A stretch of DNA of 63,328 bases, counting the filler, from Nemertoderma westbladi (lineage: Eukaryota; Animalia; Xenacoelomorpha), in assembly GCA_032718475.1 (NCBI GenBank). It is 4 parts of 4 records of this genome, joined end to end, with 100 filler letters (N's around TTAATTAATTAA, not from the genome) between each part and the next. Parts side by side here need not be neighbours in the genome. Positions count along the whole stretch, not along the records: positions 41,937 to 55,882 come from JAUCBJ010008881.1; positions 55,983 to 63,328 come from JAUCBJ010000370.1; 2 more parts are not named here. One strand, 5' to 3'. The notes beneath the pieces are model-generated. The model was not told the DNA's origin, searched no databases, and saw nothing but the letters and a program-made list of their open reading frames with translations. The first letter of the stretch is position 1. The number at the start of each line of letters is the position of its first letter. Below are positions 54,270 to 63,328 of this stretch, in pieces. Position numbers and translations under genes: made by a program.

Positions 54270-55882
54270 AGTAATCAGCTGACGGCTGTCAGCTGATCAG
54301 TAGGTTTCGCCCCAATGGGGGCTTTCTCAAGTAGCTAGTGCTAGAAAGGAGACAATAGATAGAAGTTCCCAAGGGAGACGGGACGGTAAAGTGAAACAAG
54401 GTAGAAGTGTATCCGTCTAACCACTGGGAAGCAGCACCTCAAACTTGCGCCAATCACGTTTCTGCTTGTTAATAGCTGGCTGGCGAGTGCGTATATAAAA
54501 CATTTCTAGTTTTTGCAGGACAGGACGCAAAGGGTGCCGTGCAATAACCTTGAAGTGTTTGAACAACTCTCGCCAGTCAGTCAACCAACGTGTGTTGGGC
54601 TCCCCGCGGTGCGTCATGATATGGTTGTGAACTGTCTTGCCTTGTTCACTACCATCATTGGCCGACCCGTCTTGATGCTGTCTAACGCGTTCAAATAAGT
54701 GTTGGATGGTATGTCCAACATATTCCCCCTTACAAGAGGGACAAGCAAATGAATACACGACGTTAGAAGCCAGAATATCGGGAACCGGATGTTTCAATGA
54801 TGGCAGTGATTGGCGCAGTTTGGCAGTTGTGTAAACAAACCGCACTGGCCGTGCGCAAGATCTCGGTACTAGACCACGTAGCCTACGAACGAAAAGTTCG
54901 GTAGCCCGACCGCGGTACTCAAACTTACAGATGATAGGCCTGGGATTATCTACGGGTGCTGGATCCACCAGGTCAATGACCTCAGTGGGTGCAACCGCAG
55001 TCACCTCGCTCTCACTACAATTGCCAAGACGCCCCCTAGCGGCACGGACGGCGGTAAGCTCGCGTTGAATCATCGCATTCGTATATTGGTTATTGCTAAG
55101 AATGGTGTTAGCTTCGCCAATTGCAGAAAGATGTTGGCGAGTATGGGACCCAAAGGGGAGCCCATGGCGACACCATCCCTCTGACAACGGTAGTTACCAC
55201 GGTGATCCAGGAATACATCATCCTGTGTAGCAACCAACATAAGACGAATAAATTGGTCCTTGTTGATAGGCTGGTCAGGAAGTTGCTCGTACAGTAGATC
55301 AGCAGCAAGCTGCACCGCCTCCTTGAGTGGAACATTAGTGAATAAACTCACTACGTCCAGGGAGTAGAGGCGGTCCGTGGGTTCTACCTCCAGCTCGGCG
55401 AGACGATCGGCAGCCCCGGCGCTGTTAGTACCAATCCTACCCTCTGGCAGCATCTGCAACATGTCCCTGAGGTACTCAGCGACAGGGTGGTAGATGCTGC
55501 CGGGCATTGAAGTTATCGGGCGGAGGGGGACACCAGCCTTGTGGACCTTAGCGAGGCCATACAGCCTCGGGGGAGTAGTATCCTTGTGCGGTAGTAACTT
55601 GGCTAGGAGTTCCTTACTCTCCTTACCCACAATACTGGTGACCTCGTCCCGTATAACCTCGGCCCTACGACGGTAAATATCGATCTTCACAGCACCCGGG
55701 CGGCCTGGGAGGGGGACCAAACTTGGCGGGGTCGGCGATGAGAGTATCAGCCTTGGTCAGATACGACTCCTTCCTCATGACACAATAGCCGTTCCCCTTG
55801 TCAAAAGGCACAGCAATCAGGCCCTGTTGCTTCAAGTAACGCGCGGTTGTAGCGACAGCATCTGACTGCCGCTGTAAGCGCA
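54270..55882 (-). mobile_element. Penelope-like element: RT (internally deleted) plus GIY-YIG endonuclease and 3' structured motif
   Basis: PFDKGN, LYGLAKVHK..PLRPI, SLDVVSLFTNVP, GVAMGSPLGP; NVVY..C..C..YVGHT..ERVRQH; LEMFYI..PAIN. Confidence 0.92.
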
Positions 55883-55982
55883 NNNNNNNNNNNNNNNNNN
55901 NNNNNNNNNNNNNNNNNNNNNNNNNNTTAATTAATTAANNNNNNNNNNNNNNNNNNNNNNNNNNNNNNNNNNNNNNNNNNNN
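55883..55982. other. artificial contig linker
   Basis: N run containing TTAATTAATTAA. Confidence 0.97.
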
Positions 55983-57591
55983 ACAGTAAGTTATGTATTG
56001 TAAATACAGTAATGTATTGTATATATAAATAAATATACATATTTATGTGTATCTAATAAATAATACAGTAATGCATGTAAACAGTAACGTAAATTATGTT
56101 TAAATAATACAATAAAAATAGAACCACCTTAATTAGTTAAAGAACATACTACTTAAATCACAATAAAAAATTTGGTATATTATATATTATATGATTTTTT
56201 TTGCCTTTGCTTGGTCACAGTGCAAACCTATCGAACATTCGTCAATAAACATATTTCTATACATTAAACTATGATATACTAGATATGTAGTATATTGCAT
56301 GTCACAGTTGTATTAAATGAAACTAAAACATGAGTTGAATATGTCACTAATACATACTACTAGGTAGAACAAGAATGGTCTGGACAGTTGAAATTAGATT
56401 TTTTCATGGTTGTCGGAATTTCGTTTCTCTCAAGTCCAGTAGGGCCTATCCCTTTCAAATTTGTCTTTATATGTTATAGCCGGTCGTCCATGCCTACACT
56501 TTCCCTGTGTTGGTTGCCAGAAAAGTAGATCTGGTATTAAGACCTCATGTTTACTTCTCCAGCAGTGTCCACTGAATCTTAATCTGCATTCACGGGTGGT
56601 GGTTGATACATGTGGTATAGTACCACTTTTAGGATGTTACTAAAATAGGCACACAGTCAAACACAGTCAAACAAAAGCGGTAGGAGGCACACAGGCCCAC
56701 ACACCCCCTAAAAGATTTATTTAAGCCTCAAACACAGTCGCGAAATTAATTATCTCGCTCAGTTACATCACTTGAACATAAATTTAGGAAAAATTAACTT
56801 TGCTATGTTGCTTAAAAGTCTAATTGAATTTACATTGATACAGTATAGCAGCAGTACTGTTACTGCAGTACCGTACTGTGGTAAGGCTGTATGTCACAAG
56901 TCCCTAAAAGGTGCCACCCTGTTCCATAGCGCGGGAAATTCAAATGATTGAAAGACATGTAATTTGTACTGGAAAGGGTGGCAGATCAGATCTGCCACCT
57001 ATATTTTGGCGGTAAATTCAAATCTGTTTTAACATTGAATAGGCCTATATGAATAGAGTAAGACTAATGTCAGAATATAATTCATTGAATCAGAATAAAT
57101 TATTTCTTATCGGTTTAACTCACTCATCCGTTATTGTTGTTGTTTTATCTATTCTGGGACTTTCAGCAGCACGTGAATAAATAAACCAGCACGTTAACTA
57201 GTCTGGGGCTTCGAGCAGCACTGTAATAACAATAGGTGTATAAAGTATAATGCCTCGGCCTATGCCTCTACATATAATATGATAAAATATTATTATGAAT
57301 GAACATTCTTATTCTTTGAAGTACAAAATACAATGCGCTACCGGTACTAACTCAGAAACTGTAATCCTAAATGCGGAACTTAAACTGAAACAGGGAATAG
57401 TACAATGTGGACTTTGTAGTGACACATTTGGCAGACAGTGCGATATAATTTCTCATGTACAAGCAAATTACGGTATTGCATGTTCAGTACAAACGGTATT
57501 TCGGTTATTCAACAATTAACAAACGGTTATTCAACGTCCATTTTTAGTTATTAGCATGACGGTAATACAAATTACGCAAAGTGAACCTTTA

Positions 57592-60209
57592 CCGTAAACC
57601 AGGGTGACTTCGATATAGTTTTAGGGGTTTATTATGTGCCCCATTCAAGGATTTTACTATTGTACCTCTTTTATGAATTTAGTAGAACATTGTACCATTC
57701 AGTTGCAAAAATAATATAGGAAAGCATGCCTATGATGCATGCTTTCCTATTTTTTTTTACCCTAAAAAATCCCTTAAAAATGCGCCTATGATAAAGCCCG
57801 ATAAAAATGGTATATATATGCCAAACTTTTGGTATATAAATGCCATCTACTCAAGCTTTATCATAGGCGGAACTTTAATGTTATTATTACAAAACATAAC
57901 TAAATTTTAAGTAACTTCAACACCAGGGAAACACAATTTTATAATCTAATAAAAAGGTACTGCATCTAATACGTAATAAACAAAATGACTGAATGACGTA
58001 CTGTATTCTGGTATTAGATTAACAAGCAGTTATTGCAGTTAAAGGTAAAGCATTTCACAAAATAACTACCAGTACACAACACAAACTATACAAAATTTGG
58101 AATTTTGAGAGTCAGAGAGTTATTTATACAAAACTAACAAGTATAAGTTTACAAAACTAACAAGTATAAGTACATTTAGTTCATGGATTATATATATTAT
58201 TATTCATTCATTGTTCATTATTAATTATTTCCAGTTCATCGAGGTCTTGAAATATTACATTATTAAAACTGTCATTGCAACCACAAACATCTGATGCCGT
58301 ATTTCCGATTGCACCTTTGCTTTCGACACAGCGAGTATGATACCATGTTTCACAAAGATCGCAGTCTTCCCAATGAATGGCATAGCCCTTGAGGCTATTA
58401 GGGGGGTTGACGGATTTACAAATTGCACAGACATCAATATTGTCTGAAGCTCTAATAGCATCAGAAGTCAGTACCTTTGCGATCTTCTTGGCCTTGGAAG
58501 CAACTCCCCTAGCTCTATTGATCTTTGCCTTGGCAACAACACTCTTAGCTTTACTGATTTTTGCATTGCCCGTGGCAGCAATTTTCGTTGCCTTTCTATT
58601 CTTATCCATCCTTATCTCATGGACATCTTTTTCCGTTGCTGGTTTTCCTGGTGTAAGTTTGTGGCCGCGTTTCCTGTTGACCTTAGCAGTGGGTGCAACA
58701 TGTCTCTGCAACATATCAGCAACTGTAGATCCTAGTATATCTGTAACAGTAGCACCATCAACCACAGGTCTTGGGAGGCGCTTTAACACTTCACTGCGAT
58801 CCAATGGCAATATGCCACTGGCTTTGAAACCTGCCACCAAATTAGAAGGTTTCAGCTGGTTAACAACTTTATTTAGGAGACCAGGGAAGTGACTCTTTGG
58901 TATGGTTCCTCGAATCCTGGATTCTGTTCTCCACTGCGTTAGGGTCTTCCTCCATACACTCTTACAAGGTTTAAATACTGCCACGTCAAGTGGCTGAAGA
59001 AGATGTGTAGCATTTGGAATTAGGCTAATGAATCGGATATTGTTCTTCAGACATGCCTCAATAACATCTTCATTCATATGAGAAGAAAGATTGTCCCCAA
59101 TGACCACTTTCATACCCTCCTCGGAATTGGAATTTATGTGAGGCAGCAGAATCTCAAAAAAAAATCGCTCAAATGATCTACCTTCAAACCAACCACTGTC
59201 AGTGCAATCATAGATGGCACCTTCTGGGCCATTTATGGTCCATGCAGAGTAACAAAACTTCGCTTTGTAGACAACCATTGGGCTACAAAACTCCCCAGCT
59301 GCATTGCCACTAAACATAACGCTAGTGGCGCCTTTCGAATGATCTGTCTTTCGCTCAACACGCTGAAGACCTCTTCTACATATAACAGTTTTAGAACCCG
59401 GATTATCGCTAAAATTGGTTTCATCGTAGTTATATATATTTTTAGCAGGTGTAGTAGCTGGGATAGCTGCATCCAGATTATCGAAGAACTCATTTATAAC
59501 ACTACTAGTGATCTCAGCTCGCACTGGTTTTATATTCTCGGCAACACGCTTTGTAAGTTTGTTTCTATCCATGAAGGATTTGGTCCAATCATTCCCAGGA
59601 AGATTATTGACGAACCTTTTTGTGACAACCCCTTGTTTATCAAGATAGTTTTTCACTAATAAACGAATGTCGAACTCATCTAAAGGAAATTTCCATTCGG
59701 TTAGTACATCTATGACTTTAATTAATTTGGTTTCCTCCATTTGTTGGAGTACGGTTTGACCTCCAGGATTTCGGGGATGTTTATTTTTCACCTTGTCATG
59801 GAGTGTCGCATACGGAACTCTGTACTCTTTACTCGCTCGTAATATATTCATTTTCCCGGATTTTATTTCTTGAACAGCATTGGTCATACTGCTAACATCG
59901 TATTGAGTACGATATGCTCGTGAGCCTGGCTTTCTTCTATATTTTCCCATGTTCTGATGTTTGTAGATAAAATTAAGTGGCCTACCATATAATATAATAT
60001 ATAGGCCTACCTGTAGTATACCAATCTGCAATGTACCTTTACCTTCTAATCTAATAGACTACCGGTAGGTGAGTACTGATATACAGTAGGGTAGGTCAGG
60101 TCTGTAAGTAGGAAATACTAAACAGTTTTATGAATATTACATATAATTACCGAAGTCAACCTTAAGGTACCGAAGTCACACACAGAAACGAAGTCACCCA
60201 GTTTCACGG
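57592..60209 (-). mobile_element. pogo-family DNA transposon
   Basis: TIRs CCGTAAACCAGGGTGACTTCG and CCGTGAAACTGGGTGACTTCG (18 of 21 match), each flanked by TA; subterminal CCGAAGTCA repeats. Confidence 0.92.
58208..59950 (-). CDS. pogo/CENP-B-like DDD transposase with C-terminal PHD finger (580 aa from the first ATG)
   Basis: psq-type HTH (RASKEYRVPYATL), second HTH, YNYDET, GDNLSSH, LQPLDV; CAIC..WEDCDLCETWYHTRC. Confidence 0.93.
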   Translation of the reverse strand: MGKYRRKPGSRAYRTQYDVSSMTNAVQEIKSGKMNILRASKEYRVPYATLHDKVKNKHPRNPGGQTVLQQMEETKLIKVIDVLTEWKFPLDEFDIRLLVKNYLDKQGVVTKRFVNNLPGNDWTKSFMDRNKLTKRVAENIKPVRAEITSSVINEFFDNLDAAIPATTPAKNIYNYDETNFSDNPGSKTVICRRGLQRVERKTDHSKGATSVMFSGNAAGEFCSPMVVYKAKFCYSAWTINGPEGAIYDCTDSGWFEGRSFERFFFEILLPHINSNSEEGMKVVIGDNLSSHMNEDVIEACLKNNIRFISLIPNATHLLQPLDVAVFKPCKSVWRKTLTQWRTESRIRGTIPKSHFPGLLNKVVNQLKPSNLVAGFKASGILPLDRSEVLKRLPRPVVDGATVTDILGSTVADMLQRHVAPTAKVNRKRGHKLTPGKPATEKDVHEIRMDKNRKATKIAATGNAKISKAKSVVAKAKINRARGVASKAKKIAKVLTSDAIRASDNIDVCAICKSVNPPNSLKGYAIHWEDCDLCETWYHTRCVESKGAIGNTASDVCGCNDSFNNVIFQDLDELEIINNEQ

Positions 60210-60492
60210 TACTACATTCACAATTTTCTATTCATTCACTAAATATAACGAAAATTGAACGTTCATTTGATCCATGGTACGTTCAGTGAACTATATATTT
60301 GCTACCTGGGTTACTCTATTCATATATTCAATGTTAAAACAGATTTGAATTTACCGCCAAAATACAGAAATATAGGTGGCAGATCTGATCTGCCACCCTT
60401 TCCAGTACAAATTGCATGTCTTTCAATCATTTGAATTTCCCGCGCTATGGAACAGGGTGGCACCTTTTAGGGACTTGTCTGTATGTCAGGTG

Positions 60493-60669
60493 TAGGCCTA
60501 GTATTTGGAGCAGTTGCCAATGCAGCAGTTTGCATTACGCTTCCAGTGTACAGGTTACTTGTGTATTCAGGTATTCCAGTATTGTAGAATTTAGGCCTAC
60601 GGCTTGGGGGTACCTAATGCTGTAATGCAAATTGCTGCGTTGGCAACTGCTCCAATTACTAGGACTACA
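60493..60669. mobile_element. small MITE inside the right arm of the long-TIR element
   Basis: CTAGTATTTGGAGCAGTTGCCAATGCAGCAGTTTGCATTAC versus GTAATGCAAATTGCTGCGTTGGCAACTGCTCCAATTACTAG. Confidence 0.75.
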
Positions 60670-61299
60670 CATCCTTACCACACAGTACGGTACTGCAGTA
60701 ACAATACTGTATCAATGTAAATTCAATTAGACTTAATTAAGCAACCTAGCAAAGCTGATTTTTTCTAAATTTATGTTCAAATGATGTAACTGAGCGAGAT
60801 AATTAATTTCGCGACTGTGTTTGAGGCTTAAATAAATCTTTTGGGGTGTGTGTGGGCCTGTGTGCCTCATCACGCTTTGGTTTGACGGTGTGCCTATTTT
60901 AGTAACATCCTAGTACTATAGAACTCGGCGTTTGTCGTATTGTTGTCTCCAGGTGCTGTTAAAATGACATTTTATTATTCATAATTTATTTATAGATTAA
61001 GTCTACCGCAAAAAGAAAAACAATTTTGTAAATTTAACGAAGGAACTGGACTATTTCGTGTAACTTAAAGATGATTCACCATTTACAAACTCCAGTTGGT
61101 CGCCACTATCTCAATAAACATTAAAGTAAGTGAAGAAGCCGTTCATAAAATATACAATGACTTTTTTACTTAGATCTTTATAATGATACAGTACCTGTAT
61201 TGGTTTATTCTATTAACTAACAACAGCAGACTAGTTGGTGTTTATTAAGTTGCACAGAGTTTGTTAAACTAAGCTGTTAGTTGGATAGTACGCGATCAC

Positions 61300-62257
61300 G
61301 AATCTGGATCGAACTGGATGGAAAGTGTGTTGCGAGCTGGACCGGACTGGATCGAAAGTTTGTCGAACTGGACCGAACTGGATCGAAAGTGTGGCGAACT
61401 GGACCGCCAAATGAAAGATAATCTATATACAACAATCCATGCAGACAGGTGAAATTTAATATTGAAATTACTTTGGTCTTTTCATACATTATAAATTTAG
61501 TTGCTTATTAGATGTCGCTAAATTAAAATTACTTGCTTCACATAAAACACTGATGTACTGCTTTTACCAGTTTAGGCCTAGCGGTAGCACGCAATTGTCT
61601 TGGAGGTGGGATTTTACTGCTGACTTAAAGGCATTTTCTTTTTTAATATTTTTGAACAAGCTTTTAAGTCTGCAGTAAAATGCCACCTCCAAGACCAGTG
61701 CATATTCTCATCATGCTCGTATTTAGTTCAATATTAAATAGGTGGATATGCAATTAGTAATAATGATCAATTTTATACTTCTTGTATCTTATATTAAACG
61801 CTAGGACTTTAATTTAGCGATATTTTAAACGCAACTGAATTTACATTGTATGGAGACCATATTAATTTCAATATTAATTTTCACTTGTCTGTTTATTATT
61901 GTTGTTTATTGTTGTTTATAGATTATCTTTCATTTGGCGATCCAGTTCGGTCCAGTTCGCCACACTTTCGTTCCAGTTCGTTCCAGTTCGCCAGACTTTC
62001 GATCCAGTTCGGTCCAGTTCGCCACACTTTCGATCCAGTTCGGTTCAGTTCGTTCCAGTTCGCCACACTTTCGATCCAGTTTGGTTCAGTTCGGTGCAGT
62101 TCGCCACACTTTCGATCCAGTTCGTTCCAGTTCGCCACACTTTCGGTCCAGTTCGGTCCAGTTCGCCACACTTTCGATCCAGTTCGGTTCAGTTCGGTCT
62201 AGTTCGCCACACTTTCGATCCAGTTCGGTTCAGTTCGGTCCAGTTCGCCACACTTTC
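61300..62257. mobile_element. foldback-like inverted-repeat element with minisatellite arms
   Basis: Left arm (CGAACTGGA repeats plus about 120 bp unique) is the reverse complement of the right arm (TCCAGTTCG repeats); inner hairpin 61598-61693. Confidence 0.75.
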
Positions 62258-63328
62258 TGTAAAAGCTTCTGTGGGATATAACTGGCCCCTTTTGCTTCGC
62301 AATCCAGTTTCCCCCCAGGCGCTGGAATACTCTAAAAAGGTTTTCTAACTGTAGATATATTCCCCTCGCCCGCAAGGTACCTTTACAGGTGTTTTAACGG
62401 ACATAAAAATCATTCTGCTATATACGTGTTTTGGCGGACATGGTAAGGCAAAAAACTTGTAATGCACCAACTACCTTTCACAGCTTAGCCGTGATGATTC
62501 ATATTACGACATCTAACAGCTGGTTGCTGACATGGAAACAGCCATTGGATGTATGGTTCTTTGTTTGGCTTGAGCCAATCAGAGCGATTTTTCCTGTCGA
62601 CGTGTAGCTTTTAGTCGATCATAAGGAGAGTGTTCAGTCTTACTGTTTTTTACTTGATACTTTGTTGTTATTGCTGTCTAAGCCAGAAACACCGGCTTTT
62701 TGGGAAGAACTCTAGTAAACTGCTTGAATTATCGAAAGTATAAACTGTTACTGTTCGCGCTTTTGAAGACCTTTAGCAGTTTAACCTGCCAAAATTTATA
62801 TGTCTTTTAGTTAATTAACACACCTTTAGCATACGACAATATTTTATGCTAATAAACAAAACATTAGCCGAAGCCAGCCCATGCGCGATCATTCACCCGA
62901 TGGATCTACACCCGGGAGGCTGAATTCGGATGCTTAGATTTTATTATTGCAGTGTAAGGTTGCAGTGTAAGCCTACTGTATTATTCGATTGATCGCTAAT
63001 ATGTAATTTCTGACAGATATTATTAACTTTCGGGAAATATTAACAGTTCCTTTAGGACGTGGCGCTCTATCTATTTAAACAGAGCTAGGACTTATACTAA
63101 ACGCAACGATAAGGCTTATGATTAAAGTATAAGTCGCATTCTTTAGGAAATGCTTTGTTACCAGTCACATCACACTCACAATCATGCACACTATTCTGCC
63201 GACCGTCAGTATGTTTGATCACACATAAAGAGAACAGCAATTGACTCAGGTAGTGTCTACTAAATAACATTAGATTCAATACACACCACATTGATACAAA
63301 TCGCAATTGTTATATATAGCCCGCCTCT
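62258..63328. mobile_element. LTR 5' portion (plus, 62258-62751) interrupted by an inverted LTR of the same family (62752 to window end)
   Basis: TGTAAAAGCTT start at 62258; TGTTCGCGCTTTT at 62752 matches the end of the solo LTR at 50332. Confidence 0.8.

Larger units (their letters stand above)
56630..60912. mobile_element. long-TIR (about 430 bp) non-autonomous DNA element hosting the pogo insertion
   Basis: 56630-57061 is the reverse complement of 60311-60912, apart from an extra small MITE in the right arm. Confidence 0.85.

Overview
AT-rich, repeat-dense eukaryotic DNA from an invertebrate animal (spliceosomal introns, Penelope, BEL/Pao, RTE, pogo, tRNA-derived SINEs). It is four contigs joined by artificial N..TTAATTAATTAA..N linkers (1-24120, 24221-41836, 41937-55882, 55983-63328), so nothing should be inferred across the joins. 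Genes: a 4-exon partial spermidine synthase (SRM) with an intronless NDUFAF7 nested on the same strand in its intron 2, a 5'-truncated PPAN/SSF1, a guanylate cyclase last exon, a two-exon four-TM protein gene, two exons of a probable CXorf65/C22orf15-like gene, a few unassigned + strand exons and an intact pogo-type transposase with a C-terminal PHD finger. The most unusual signal is that several large satellites are amplified exon/intron junctions. The clearest is about 53 copies of the SRM exon-2 donor. A roughly 9.6 kb array has a 43-bp unit that parses as AG + 39-nt in-frame exon + GT, and a 27-bp array starts at a predicted donor. All identifications are by eye from motifs; no database searches were run.
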